In this document: piece after piece, positions 14,277 to 27,985 of the stretch
How positions within the stretch are numbered: position 1 is the stretch's first letter
Layout of the letters: every line of letters begins with the position of its first letter
Assembly: GCF_006345805.1 (NCBI RefSeq)
Contig: NC_043006.1
Location: 62,558,001-62,622,000 of the forward strand
Length of the DNA stretch: 64,000 nucleotides
DNA from: Octopus sinensis
Lineage: Eukaryota
Reading direction: 5' to 3'
Notes under the pieces: model-generated
The model's input: only the letters and a program-made list of their open reading frames with translations
Databases searched by the model: none
Told to the model about the DNA's origin: nothing
Program-made: the position numbers and the translations under genes

Positions 14277-14703
14277 CTAAACAAATTATTCTGCATAATC
14301 AATGTGAAAGGAAATTCCACAGTAATGAAATCTCGATATGTCACGAGAGTTATATCCAAACGATACTGTCTTTATTGCATAGTTCGATTATATTATTTTG
14401 CATGCTATCAATGACAATATATATACACACATACATTCATGTGTGCATGTGTGCGTTTGTGTGTGTGCATGTGTGTATGCATGCGTGTATGTGCATACAT
14501 GTGTGTGTGTCTGTTTGTCCCCGTGCAAGTGTGTATGGGGCATTTTCTTCTTTGGATTTAATTTTCTACTTTGCATACTTGAATGTGTTCCTTAACAAAA
14601 TAACAAGGTTACTTTTTGTAAATCCAAAATGCTCTTCGTGTTCTCAGATATCTTAATTTTTTGCTTCCTAGATCTTTATATTGACCAATCTTTTTACTTG
14701 TTC

Positions 14704-14741
<38 letters not shown>

Positions 14742-15039
14742 AAACGTGCATGTGTGATAAATTGGCACTCATGTAACGGGTGTGTATGTCAATTTTCTAC
14801 ACAATTGTATCTGTGATATGAGCGGTTTAGTGTGAGGGCGTGTGTATATTGTGTATGTAGGTGTTATTGTTTACATGTGTTCAACCCAGATACCGGAAAT
14901 GTTTTAAAAGTTTCATTGTACTCTTAATAGACTCTGATTGGAGAACGTCATTCAGATTCCTTTTCCCTTTTTTAAAAATGTTTTTATCTATATAAGTATA
15001 TAGTTACCACGTGCAGTGAGGTTTTAGTTGAATTTTTCA

Positions 15040-15540
15040 ATAGCGATAATGGAAAATTCCAAGTTGTGATGTAAAACATTTCAAATGAAATCCATTTGGA
15101 GTATAAGAAAGGAGGAACGGTTGACGAATGAATGATACAGCTCGATAGATAAATGATTTGAGAGTGAATGAGGTTGAGGGTAACAATACGGCGTGAGAAT
15201 GAAAATAATTTTGAGAGATCTCCATGTACAAACTAGTCAAATTCAGGATATGATTATCTAAATAGCATGAGGGTTAGTCAGAAGTTTCAGGTGACAAAAT
15301 ATATCAGAGCAAATTTGTATATAAATTCGACTTGTATATAATCACTGAGCAACGTTTTTGGCGAAGATATAGGTTGAAGTTATTTTTATCTTATAACCTA
15401 TGAAATTGTACTTTTGGATAAAATGAGAAGGGTGCAATAGTGTTAGTTTGAGGGAAATCAGATCGCATAGAAAGAGTGACTGATATCAGAGAGGGGCAGA
15501 ACTGAGTTGTATAACCGAGAAATGTAGAGTGGCAGCGGGC
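15040..15540 (-). mobile_element. Degenerate Jockey/CR1-like LINE RT 3' end
   Basis: Minus strand reads PELTSL..HSHAVLLPSTSFTLKSFIYRAVSF, resembling the C-terminal CSxEL..HxHAV..SF.xRT..WN motif order of these LINEs. Confidence 0.45.
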
Positions 15541-16239
15541 TGTAACGTTAATAGCACTGACATTCAGGGATACATACGCGCGCGCTTTCAGTCAGTTTAC
15601 AAAGCCATGTCGTAGCAGACTCACGATAACTAATGAAAACAGTGTCTGTGTGGGTGTATATAGATATGTATGTATGTATGTATGTACGTATGGCGGGAGG
15701 GATGTCACACGCTCTCACCCTTAAGAAAAGGAATGATTAAAATGAAACGGTTTACTCTATTAGCATGTATACACATACACTTACGACATTATGCACACGA
15801 ATAAAAATAACTTAATCCTACAGCAAATATATTTGTGATTAAACCAAACTCATTCTTTTTTCATCTTTCCCTCATTTTTTTTTCTCTCACATACACACTC
15901 CACACACATACACACACATCTTTCCCATCACACTCTTTGTGATGGTTATGTAAAGGGAACTGGTTCCTTCTTTACACTTTTTGGGTGCAACTTGGGTGCA
16001 ACACAATTTCCTTTCTTTTTGTTTCTAGAAACTACCAGTCAGGAACAAAACGCAACTTTAAAAATATATATGATTCTTTATTATCTTATTCACAAATGAA
16101 GCACGTTGGTATATTGGTATCCACTTAGTTCAACACAGCAAGGCTGAATTTTAACGTTTGTAAGAATCTTACAACAATTCAGCAACAACAGAGCAGGTCA
16201 TTTCCTAAGCGTCTGGGACAGGAGAATAGGCTCATCATA

Positions 16240-16440
16240 CGTTTAAAAATACGTCCTTTCACTTCTATCGCCGTGTCTCAAGTCCACGATGCTATTAAGG
16301 AACGCGATAGAATTCTTTCCCCAGTCTCTAGCGCATGTGCATGAGGGAACTTCCTTATGCCTTTCCAGAAGGTTCCAACCGCGCACACGCACACTGAGAA
16401 TGACGTTGCGTGTACGCACCCTGGAATATGACGTCACTGC
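16240..16440. promoter_or_regulatory. Candidate inducible promoter/enhancer (kB site, HSE, CRE cluster)
   Basis: GGGAACTTCC at 16345-16354; tTTCcaGAAggTTCc at 16362-16376; TGACG at 16401-16405; TGACGTCA at 16429-16436. CpG-rich, non-repetitive context. Confidence 0.4.
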
Positions 16441-18089
16441 AGTTAGCACCTAACATTTGGGTTTCGTGTTAGCATTTCGGATTAGAATTTTGAGTTAGGG
16501 TAAGGATTACGTTTAAGCAGAAACTAAAAAGGGATTCAAACGTTTTGAACGTGTATACAAATTTTCATATCATTGAACTTGTATATGTTTGGAATATATT
16601 CTTAAATACATTCTTAAAAAAAGAAAATTAAAAAGGTATACAAAGTGTTCTTATTTCGAAATTTCGCTGATTTTTTTTTTTTCGAAATGATTTTATATAG
16701 ATAAAGTGCTCTGTGACGTCACTGTTAATTCCCTGAAATAAAATAACATAGAATGTACAAAATAAAATTGTGAAGAATAGTACAAAATACTGGAGGAGTT
16801 TTTGAGCAAAAATTATATGCATAGATGTGAAAAGATCGAATGTCGAGTACTGACGTATTAAGAGAGATAAAATGAATGTGAGCTGTGCATAACTGTATGT
16901 ATATTTAAAACAAATTAGGAAGAGGAAGACATGAACAGAAAAAACTACAAGTATGTGTTGAAAAATATATGGCTTCACAGACTTTTTAAAACTGTTTTTA
17001 GTAAACAGCATTTTATAAAGGAACTGATAAATTGTTTCTAAAAAGAAGAATGTAGCAGAAAAACCTTGGAATTTCTCACAGTCCAAAATGGTGATGTAAT
17101 TTTCGTACTGAAATCTATAAATTTATTAGACACGTTTCTAACATCAACGGCAGTCATATCGAGATGATGGCATGCAGAACACCAATCTTATAACTAAGGA
17201 ACAGATTCTTCATTGTTTAACAAATAATTTTTACTGAATCCATCTAGTTCACAATTTCATGTTTTCAGAATTCCAAATGATTATTTCAACTCTATTACAA
17301 ACTTTTTCGTCGTTCACGGAACAACATTGTCATTATTATTAACCTAATCATAAATAAGTTAGGATATAAATAAGTTGTTCTATTTTTCTTAAACTTATCT
17401 AAAAAAAAACCGATCGATCAGCTATAAAATCTTTACAGAAGCTACCGCTCGTTGCAACGAGAACCAAGCTACAAGCAACTTAAACTAAAAATGCAAAAAT
17501 CAATTACACAGCTAGCTTTCTTGAAGCACACATAAAGAGAAGAAATGCAGGGAGTCAAAAATGAATTCCAGGAAAAATGCTACAAGTTAACCAAGCAAGC
17601 CACTGCGCATTGCTCAAACTATCGGAACGTCATCTTCCTCAAATCACATTGTATCTTCTTTAAGATATCATGACATATACCGTAATAAAATAGTTTCAAA
17701 TAAATTCGAAAGAGATCTCAAGCGAGATAATGACTTTGATCATAGACTTACTCGATCAAAAATTATTTTGGACCAAATAATATCAGCAACACCTCGAATA
17801 TTTACGAAAAGTTGTAACTCTTAAAGAACCGGGAAAGTATTATGCAATGCTAAGCTTTAAATTCCAGTATTACCGATGCTAAGGTGTATTTTTTCTTCAA
17901 GCGGAACATTAAAGTAGATATAATAAACTGATGTTTCGATACACTAATTGAGTTCCTTTACTAATAAAACTAATTCCACCAAGCGACATTTAGTAGAATA
18001 AGCTGATATCAATGACTACATAATCTTCCCAAAAATTTATGCTGCCATGAAAATTTTTGAAATCAATATCTGAATTTGGAATATTTATG

Positions 18090-18730
18090 AGAATGATGAT
18101 GACCACAAGGAAGGAAATAACGATCGTGGAGGGCGAGTTGGTGATTATGAAGACAACGACGAGGAAAACGACGGATGACAGTGAGGGTAATGATGGTTGA
18201 GATTTTAAGGATCTTGTGATACTGTTGATTGTGATAAAGTTGATTTTTGACAAACAAGCTGATGATGATGACGACGACGACGGCGAGGACGACGACCAGG
18301 ACGATGATGATGGTGATGATGATGATAATGATGATGACGATGATGATGACGATGATGATGGTGACGATGATGATGATCACGATGATGATGACGACGACAA
18401 CGACGATGCTTATCTGTTGCTGCTTTATCATCAAGATTACGATGATGTTGAGAGTGAAGTTAATGCTAAAGTTGATAAGAATGATGAATACACTAATAAT
18501 ATTGATGAATACTGATGCTAGTGATGCTGAATGAGATGACGATAGCGATGATACAATGAAATTGCTAATGGTGGTGGCGGAGAAAGAGAAGGAATAGAAA
18601 CGTATAGATTGAATACGGTAGGTGATAGTCAGTGACGATGTCAATACAGAAGTCTACAATCACATTGATGATAGCAACGATGATGATACCGCTTGCTATG
18701 ATAATAATGATGATAATGATGGTAACGGTG
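18090..18730. repeat. Degenerate (GAT/GAC)n trinucleotide tract
   Basis: The pure core at ~18260-18410 gives poly-D/M/I read-through ORFs, with stops and phase shifts in the flanks. Confidence 0.9.
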
Positions 18731-20322
18731 ATTGTGGAGAATTTAAAGTAGAGTAACGATCGAAAATAATCCTGTTAAATATCCTCAAATTTTTATTTTT
18801 CGCGTTTCGCAGACATTTACATCGTTCATTATATGATCTAGTTTACTTTCGTTACATTTTCTATTTTTTCTCCTTAATCAATAATTTGCTTTGAATTATT
18901 AGTGTACACTGCAACCTTAGGCTTTCGGAAGGTAAATAAGAAAATAGTATACGCTTTTAATGTGTTGATTCTTCTCGCCCTCTAGGCCAGCTTTCTATAA
19001 ATTGATAAAAAAAAAAAACATATGAGAGTTAGATATAAAAATCTGCATTGAGTAACGTTCTTCACGTGAAATAGGAATACGTAGACTAGTACAGATTCTA
19101 CTTACACCAATTCAGTAAGTTATATTGCTTCTGTTGCATGCAGGCACGTTCATACCGGTTTATATTACTAATTAGTCGTAGTTATGTTGTCTTTGATGAT
19201 AGCAAAGCATCACCAACAGGCCTAGTGATGTGAAATCCAATCTATGCGAATCGTGTTAAAAGAAATTCTTTATCATTCGAGCGATAGTAAGTGGGAAAAA
19301 CAAGGAAAAAGGAAAGGAAGGATGAAAAAAATAACTTTGGTCTTATTTGTAACGGCGACATATTAGTCGAATTAATAGAAGATATGCTGTTCCGTCCATA
19401 AATTTGCAAACTATTTACATAAGCAAGGAGTAAAATATATTGCTGAATTACAATGAGATAATGAATATAGTCAGGTTACAGTGACCAATCATTATTTAAT
19501 ATCTATAAATAAGACCAACCCATACATTTGCCTTTTACAAGGATGTCATAAACATTGACAAGATGAATGGAAAAATATGTTCCAGGGTTTCTAATGCGTC
19601 TACTTTACTCTTTCCCTTAACTCCATACCTGATGATATCCTAGTTGCCGCATAATCGAACTTCAATTTTGAAAAATGGAGGCTGAGTAATACCATTTGGA
19701 TGTCATTAGCCAGTGTGAGGGTAATATCATTGAATATTTTCATATTATATTTCTTATATGCATGTTTTCTGAGTTATGATCCTTGGTAGGACTAGAAAGC
19801 AATCTATTTCGCCTTACCTTCATTCTGTAGTTGCTTGTAGATTTTTGTATAGATTCATTTTTAGTAGAAATTTATCGTATCTATCAATGACAAAGATAGC
19901 CACCATCTTTCCAGTAAAACCGATCGAGGACTATAATAGCCAATGTATCTCGCAGTCTCAATAAAGTAGTGTCTCACTCACAGGAAATGTTGAACTGCTC
20001 TTTTCTGGAAAGTAGAGCGGCAATGTAGAAGAAAATCGTTGAAATAAAAACAACTTGAATTTAATGAGACCCTTTCGAATTTTGCCGTGATAATCTTCAC
20101 TTTTATTACTCTGCAACCAATGAATTATTGTGCCAGTCAAATACTAAGTTCAAAATGTCTAGTCACCAACTCTCTACAAAATTGCTGGGCGTCTGCCTTT
20201 TTGAGGAGAAATTTTTTATAAAATACGAGTATTTTACCACACATCACTCTCTCACTCTTTCTCTCTCTCTCTCTCAGTCTCTGTCTATTTCTCCGTCCCT
20301 TCCTCTCTCGTTTTCTTCTCTG

Positions 20323-20359
<37 letters not shown>

Positions 20360-22148
20360 TTCTCTCTCTCATGGAAACAAGCAAGCAATAGTAAAATAAG
20401 CATGTACTCCAAAACGCATTCAGTGAACCTTCACTTTAAACTAATGTTTTATTGATAAACTTGGCATAAGCACAAACATTAATGCTATATATACATTCTT
20501 GTGTCTATGAGTGTGTGTGTATGTGTTTTGTAAGTGTGCACAAGACTAGAGTTCCATCATTATGCTACTTTAATGGTAGGACATTTTTAATGTTGACAGA
20601 AAATATGGAACTGCCTCCCAAATGCATCCTTCGAATTTTCCGTCCAACGGTTTCTTGTAACCCAATGTTTATATACTATTATTTATCCATTCGTATACTT
20701 AAGAGTCCAGCCGTTAAAAACTATATACATATCTGTTCGTGTGTATTTGTGTATTAATGTTTGTTTCTCTGTCAAAACAATTTTAGATGAAACCGAAAAA
20801 TTTCTCAGTACATTTCTAGAAGGCAAGCAAGCGACAAATTCGTAGTCACTGTCAATTTTTTATTAGCGAAAATTTAATACATCTCTATATATCTGTATGT
20901 CGTGCAGGTAAGTACAATGTGTGTGTACATATGGTATAAATGTGTGCGTAAGTATGTGAGTCTGAATGTATTTATATGCATATATACACGCATATACGTG
21001 TATCAATTTTTTTATACGTACCTGTGTGTGTATGCGTGTGTACCCGTATGTAGGTGACAGTAACGCGTATGTATTTGTGCGTGTATGTAATCTTAGAACT
21101 GAAATAGATAATAACTAACTATACTCGTGTTTGCTTCTCCACGATCATTTTAGTTTAGCCAAACACATACACACACATGTACACGTGTGTGTGTGTGTGT
21201 GTGTGTGTGCGTGCGCGTGTGTGTGTGTGCGTGTGTGTGTGTGCATGTGTGTGAGTGTGTATGTAGCTCATGCTTTTTCCTGTATGCCACCAGGTACAGA
21301 GAAATACGAAGATGTATTATAATCGAAATGCGCGAAACGAAGGTTAAGAAAAGTGTTACCTTTTCAGAAATCACTTAATGAGGCATATCTGCACTGAATG
21401 ATGCACTAAAACTAATCGTTAAGAATGTCAACCACGAGAGAACGATGAAAGATATATCGAAATGATCGTATTTATTAATACGTATCTCGCGCATTCCATT
21501 TTGTATATTTCTCTGTCACTCATATGTTATAAGAATCCCGGACACGCAGCAAGTCCAGTCGCACTTATATCCATACTGCTGATGACGTCAGATCTGCATA
21601 TCTGTGTATATACTATATACAACCACATTCATGTATAACCGTGCGTATACGGACATATTGATAAAGTTACATGTACATGCACGCACAAATATACACATAT
21701 ATATATAAGATATATATGTACATGATATGTTATTATTGTGCAAACCGGAATGTAGTTACTTTTTATACGTATGTACACCGGTATGCGGTTCCAGATCCAA
21801 TATAGGGAAAATTCGAGGTGTGATATTTATATAAAATATAAAAATATGTTAAGAGATCATTTAATGTGATATTGTCCGTTGATTGTTTTATGATCCACAG
21901 ACATTCGAAATCTGGCTAAACTTCGGTGTGTCTTCACTCTCATTTTTGGGGCGAAATGAGAGGGTCCCAACAAATTTCATATCTTGATATTATTTCTCCG
22001 AACCAAGCTTTAAATTTTTCATTCACCTGAAGAAAAAAGTTGTTTTTTTTACATGATGTAATCGCAATAAAGATTGGATCTCAATCAGTTGTAGTGAACC
22101 TTAAACCCTTTGGTGTTCACATTCGTATGTATATATATATATGTATAG

Positions 22149-22350
22149 ATCGCCATGTTGATTCGCTAGCTTCTGCACACATTTTTTTCTCTCCTTGTTT
22201 CTCTCCGTGTTTCTTTTCTATGTATCTTTCTGTTGAAGAGCGTAGGCTCGAAACGTAAAAGACTTGTTTTATTTATATACCTGAGCGCCATACTAATACA
22301 ATTGTTTGTTTGTATTCCACCTTCCTTCGTCTTTTGTTTATTTTCATAAA
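22149..22350 (+). mobile_element. ~200-bp repeat with hammerhead-like motif, copy 2
   Basis: Motif TCTTT-CTGTTGAA-GAGC-GTAG-GCTC-GAAA-CG-TA-AAAGA at 22225-22262, with a perfect 5-bp stem I and 4-bp stem II. Followed by (TA)n. Confidence 0.85.
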
Positions 22351-22944
22351 GCTTCCCGTTATATATATATACACGTGTGTGTTTGTGTGTGTCTGTGTGT
22401 GCGTGTCTGTGTGTATGCCTGCCTGTATATATGTATGCATGCATGTATGTATTTGTATGGAGGTTCAGGGAGATATAACTGTATACAGATGAAATATATA
22501 TACATAGACGTAAATGAAAAATACATGCTCATGTTATTACATGGAGAAATATATCTATGGAAGGATGTACATAAACTAATGGTAAATTTACATATACTTA
22601 AGTATCCCACCTTCTGTATTAATGTAAATTGGATTCACCAAATGGAACGGTTCAAAATGATGGAAAGTAAAAAGATATGAAAGAAATATTCCTATAAATA
22701 AAATGAAAAAGATTAATGAGATACAACATTCCATAGTGAACACTTAAAGTATACGATTGGAGTGTAAATCCCGAAAGACATCTTACGACTATATATATTG
22801 TTTAAAAATGAAAATAGCAAAGTAATCGAAGCAATTTCCTTGATGTTCGTCTTGAGAAAATTGTTCTTCGTGAAAGTAATATTGTTTATTCTGTACTTGA
22901 GATCATACATGAATAATGCAAGTGTACATGCACATATACATACG

Positions 22945-22951
22945 TTACGTG

Positions 22952-23021
<70 letters not shown>

Positions 23022-23119
23022 TGTATATATATGTATGTATATGTATGTATATATATATGTATGTATACGTATATATATATATATGTGTATATGTATGTAT
23101 ATATGTATGTATATGTATG

Positions 23120-23170
<51 letters not shown>

Positions 23171-23345
23171 GTATGTATATATAATATATATATATATACA
23201 TATATATATACATATATGTATGTATATATATGCATGTATATATATGTATGTATATATATGCATGTATATATATGTATGTATATATACATGCATATATATA
23301 CATACATATATGTATATATATATGTATATGTATATATATATATAC

Positions 23346-23381
<36 letters not shown>

Positions 23382-23440
23382 ATATATATACATACATATA
23401 TGTATATATATATATACATTATATGTATGTATATATATAT
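22945..23440. repeat. ~500-bp compound (TA)n/(TATG)n/(TACA)n microsatellite
   Basis: Directly visible; source of many spurious YI-repeat ORFs. Confidence 0.97.
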
Positions 23441-23535
23441 CACGTGATCACGTGACCGACCAGACCATCAGATGTTGTTACACATCGCTGGTCACAATGC
23501 GTTCGCATTGTTTTAGCCTTCGAATAACGCAGGCC
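23440..23535. mobile_element. Terminal fragment of a third repeat family (SINE-like, family C)
   Basis: TCACGTGATCACGTGACCGACCAGACCATCAGATGTTGTTACACATCGCTGGTCACAATGCGTTCGCATTG is recalled as an octopus repeat end; a related fragment probably lies at 54205-54305. Confidence 0.5.
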
Positions 23536-23599
23536 AATATATATAGTAAACAGTGTAACGTTATTTATAAATAAATTAAAAACAACACAACTATTACTG

Positions 23600-23753
23600 A
23601 TAATGGTAACCGTGCATAGACTGGTGACATTGCATATTTCTTGATTTACATTATTTACGTTTGACGGATATTTGCCATCATCTTGTTTATTGTCCCGGGG
23701 CAATTTTGAACCTGAGGTCTCATTCCTAAGTTATATTTCCGATGATATTGTTG

Positions 23754-23809
<56 letters not shown>

Positions 23810-23930
23810 TATATCACTGCCTGGAAGTTCACTCGGAATCTTGGGGTGAGTAGCCCACAGGCATATGGCGTAATGGTTAAGAGAGTAGGCTACTAACCCC
23901 AAGATTCCGAATTCGATTCCAGGCAGTGTA
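23600..23930. mobile_element. Head-to-head tRNA-like SINE heads plus (AAT)n and body
   Basis: Plus-strand head with A box TGGCGTAATGG and B-box-like ATTCGATTCC at 23860-23928. An inverted truncated head at 23815-23855 leads, on the minus strand, into (AAT)n and a unique-looking body. Confidence 0.65.
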
Positions 23931-25214
23931 TAATTCATATAATACATATATATGTACATAGTACGCGTGTATGTATGTATGTATGTATTTATGTATGAAT
24001 GTATGTATTTGTGTATGAATGTATGGCTGTATCTATGTATGTATGGCTGGATGGATGGATATACTTTTCTGTTTTTAATTATCTACAATCTTCTTTCTAG
24101 CAAACAAACAAAACTTTGTTTTTAAAATATTTATTATAAGAAAATATTCGTATTTTAACCATGAAAATGTCTTGAACACTTCTACTATTCCACTTACAGA
24201 TTATATTTCTAATGTGCAAATTAGGTGGCTGGTTTCTTTTGTTAAAGCCTTAATTTATCCAAATTTTCACTACCGCATGAACTCGCAAAACCAAGGGTCC
24301 CATTTATTATTGGTATAAATATGATTTTTAATCTGGATATGAATATAAAAGCTGAATTACAGTGCACTTAACGAATATTCACAGGTATGTCTAGGGCTAA
24401 AATTAGCCTTTGTAGCAATCAGAGTGCATATCGAGGAAAAATCTATATATTCGGTACGATATCCATAAGACGGGTTTCCATGTAGTTTTCTTCTACTCAT
24501 TTTCCTCATTAAGGCTTGTGCCAAAGCAGAAGCTATGATGAACAATTATTTGTTCGAGATGCCATGCGGTGCGAATAAAACTGGAACTCATGACATCTAT
24601 GCTTTCATGAAATATGGCGACTGTTGCTTTAATATAACTGATTACATTAATATTAAACACATATTTCAAATTAAGTCACTTTCCAGACAAGATCTCATTC
24701 TTTTCTTTTCTAGAGATATTAAAATTTCTGCTGAAACATTTACATAATGAACTTCTATAATATAACAAGATTACTTTTTGCTAATGTACCAATTTACATT
24801 GTAGAACCAGAATCAGTCATTATATCTATAAAATTCATAGAATTTCGTATCGAAGTTATTTTAGTAAATATCGTGTGGCATTAAGACGTTGCCATAATTA
24901 TGGAGGCAATTCCCTTATTACAAATACAAATATAATGAAATTTATAATATTCTTGTTTCAATCGTTTGTCATATCCTCATGGAAAGAAGGCCAAATGTGA
25001 TTTGATAACAAATTCTTTACAACAAATATTTCAGTCGATATTTGTTTTTTTTTTTAGCTTTTATTCATTATTATATTTTATTGCAAAAGCAAACAAAACT
25101 TATTTTCAAGACACAAGACTTGTTAAATCTGAAAATAGACGATATAGAAAATCTGCAATATTGATTATTGCGCATACCATTTGACATTTAACAGTCTTGT
25201 CATATTGGATTCAA

Positions 25215-25500
25215 ATTTTGCCATAAGGTCAGAAATTATGGGAGTTGCTATAAGTCGATTATATCAACCTCTGTGCTTAACTGATAGTTGTTTTATCGAC
25301 CCCGAAAAAGACGAAAGGCAAAGTCGACCAAGGCGGCATTTTAACTCAAAAAGTAAAGATGGACGAAAAGTTGCTAACCATTTTCTCCAGTATATCATTG
25401 TATTGCATTTTAATTATGAATAACACGGCTATCAAATTTGCTTTTTCCTCATTTCCTTTCGATAAAATAAGGTACCAGTCATGTACTGATGTCAACAATA
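25215..25500. mobile_element. Two degenerate family A-like SINE fragments in opposite orientation
   Basis: Minus copy 25215-25375 (TTTATCGACCCCGAAAAAGACGAAAGGCAAAGTCGACC); plus copy 25430-25500 (TTTCGATAAAATAAGGTACCAGT). Confidence 0.65.
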
Positions 25501-25617
25501 TCGGCTATCTACTTTGAAATAAATTCTTACTATTATTGATCTCATTGTTGTTTTTGTTGTTGTTAATTGTGTTACATTTCTCTCCTCCTCCTCCCACTCT
25601 CCTCTTTCTTCTTCTTC

Positions 25618-25628
25618 TGATTATTATT

Positions 25629-25659
<31 letters not shown>

Positions 25660-25728
25660 TATTATTATTATTATATTATTATATTATTATATTATTATTA
25701 TTATTATTATTTTATTATTATTATTATT
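25618..25728. repeat. (TTA)n microsatellite
   Basis: Directly visible. Confidence 0.97.
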
Positions 25729-27946
25729 AATGGATTTCATTTGTAACGTGACAAGACGTGTTTCAACACTCTTTTGTATCGCGATTACATTTCGAGATTT
25801 TTTTTCCTCATTGGATAAATTTGCCTGAATCAGCTCGATTGGATTGTTTCAAAGAAAGCGGGCAGCTTTTGATTAAATTATATTTCACGTAAAATGGGCA
25901 GAATAGTTTTTCCTTTCACTTTCGTCATGGTATCTAACACTCAAAACGAAATAGCGCAAGACAAACGGTAAACAACTGAAAGTCTTGACAGCTACTCCGA
26001 AACACGCACACTAACAAAATTAAGATGAATTTGGACAAAAATATGCTATAACAAACCAAAGCAGTATTTTGAAACTGCAAATTAATGAAGTATTCATGTT
26101 TGTTTTTTAATGTGAATGAGAGCAGTTTGATGATTCAATAGCATACAGCTTCGCAAAATGTGTATTCCATACATAATAAAGAGATATGTTTAACACTATC
26201 ACTTTATCCGAAAAGTTACTTCAATTGAAAGCAGGAAGAAACTTATGCCTTTGCCTCCTGAAGAGGGTGATTTGAAAACGTGTCGAAGCGGCAAGAAAGA
26301 CGTAATGAAATATAAATCCTCCCACAAGTAAGTTCCATAGTACAGTGACCAACATAAAATGAGCTACACTCAGAGGTCTTGCCAACAACATTGAATTCTG
26401 ATTCTTTGTCATCTGTTTGTTGCTATATGGGAAGTTGGCATGTGAAGATGGGACGAAGTGCAATCACAAGTGGAGGGTCGATATGAATTTGCTACCCAGG
26501 TAACTAATTATAGCTACAAAACCATTCAACAGTTACTCCAGATGGGGTATGCAGAAACTCGAATGATGGACCTAGTCGGTGGTGCAGAAATGGGAGCCCA
26601 TACGATAAACTTGTGCGAGTAAACGGCTTTTGAAGGAGTTTCTATATACAAGAATCCAGTAACGCTGTAAAAGAAATTGAGTAGCTAACAGCAGCTGATC
26701 GATGAGACAGCAGTTCCGAAAGTACAACCAATCGGAGAGTGTTAGAGGAACAAGTCAATTTGGAGGAACAGTGAAATAGAAAATGGAGAGAACAGAAAGA
26801 TAGAGATAACAAGCTTATAATATACGCGAAGAAATTACCTCTCCACAGGATGACATAAAGTTAACGTTTCTAACATTCAGCAACATGTACGTTGGGCTCA
26901 GGATTAAATGCCCGGAAAAGAGATTCAAATAAAAATGTACATAATAAGGACAAAGGAGTGTTACCCACCGGACTTTGAATCTATCCCTTTCAAAATGGGC
27001 AGTGCAAAGAGAGAGAGAGGGGAATAGCAAGCACAATGTAAGAGGCAGCACTGAAGGAGAACAAATGAAAAAATTAGGTGGGACTTTTGTACGGAAATTT
27101 CAGGGAAGATCGGAGAAAAGTTGACCGCTAAGAATAATCCTACGAAGAACTTAAATTAAGCTGCACCCAAGAAACGAGCTTTTTTATTCACTTCCTTGAC
27201 ATTTAAAATATTCGCAGATATTTTGGGTAAGTAATTTTACGTGCCACACAAAGCAAATTGAGAGCATTTCTGGATTAGTGTTGCGGAAAACAGATTAACT
27301 CCAGGTGGAGATTTCTAAACTAAAAGACCTAATTAAATAAGCCAGAATAGTATGATTTATAGCAGTCACTAAGACAAAAACTATGTTCCTGTGTGTGCGT
27401 GTGTGTCTGTGTGTGCGTGTGTTTCTGTCTGTGCGTGTATCCCTGTGTGCATGTAAGGGTGTGTGTGTGTGTGTGTGTACATATGCACAATTGAATCATT
27501 AAACTATAAACGTCATTTTTATAAACGACAAGGTCTATACAGCACAGACAGACGCGAAGCTGTAGATTTTACCCCAGTGGAAATCTCTTCATAGACTTAT
27601 TAAAATTACAATGTAACTTGCAATGAGATGAACACACTTCCAGCAAACTACGGAAGAGCCAGACGCTTTTCCCATTTCTTGGAACTCGTCAATAACGTGT
27701 ATCCTGCAGTCATATATCGCAAGCAACAGATTTCGTCTATCATATGAACGCAGAGCACACATCATTGCTACGTCTCAAAGAAGGGCAAAACGCTGCTGGT
27801 GTTCCCGCGGGCTGCTTCGTGTGTTTGTTCATCTCGCTCCAATATATATTGTGCTTTTATTATATCGTGTCCATGAAATAATTTAAACTGAAACAAAACG
27901 TCAGTCTTATACCTCTCAATGGTGTACATAAATGAAGTATGATGTG

Positions 27947-27985
<39 letters not shown>

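Noticed and set aside
18216-18515. Asp-rich ORF resembling acidic biomineralisation proteins
   Set aside because: Starts at GTG, has no signal peptide, is a (GAT/GAC)n read-through, and flanking tracts shift frame and contain stops.
19500-20130. Possible pogo-type DDE remnant on the minus strand
   Set aside because: Only a faint LPxH..Q..F..LK..Y-like trace across frameshifts.
22713-23574. Long YI/HI/CV-repeat ORFs (also at 5.9, 11.8, 12.6, 33.7, 52.2 and 60.8 kb)
   Set aside because: Translations of dinucleotide and tetranucleotide microsatellites.
23860-23928. tRNA gene
   Set aside because: A and B boxes are present but I could not fold a full cloverleaf with an acceptor stem, and it is embedded in repeat context; treated as a SINE head.
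26241-26280. Second hammerhead-like string GCCTC-CTGAAGA-GGGTGATTT-GAAAACGTGTC-GAAGC
   Set aside because: Stem II cannot form convincingly, there is an extra A, and it is single copy.
26230-27060. Purine-rich stretch (also 30330-31150) suggestive of LINE ORF1/endonuclease
   Set aside because: No motif could be read with confidence; needs a profile-HMM search.
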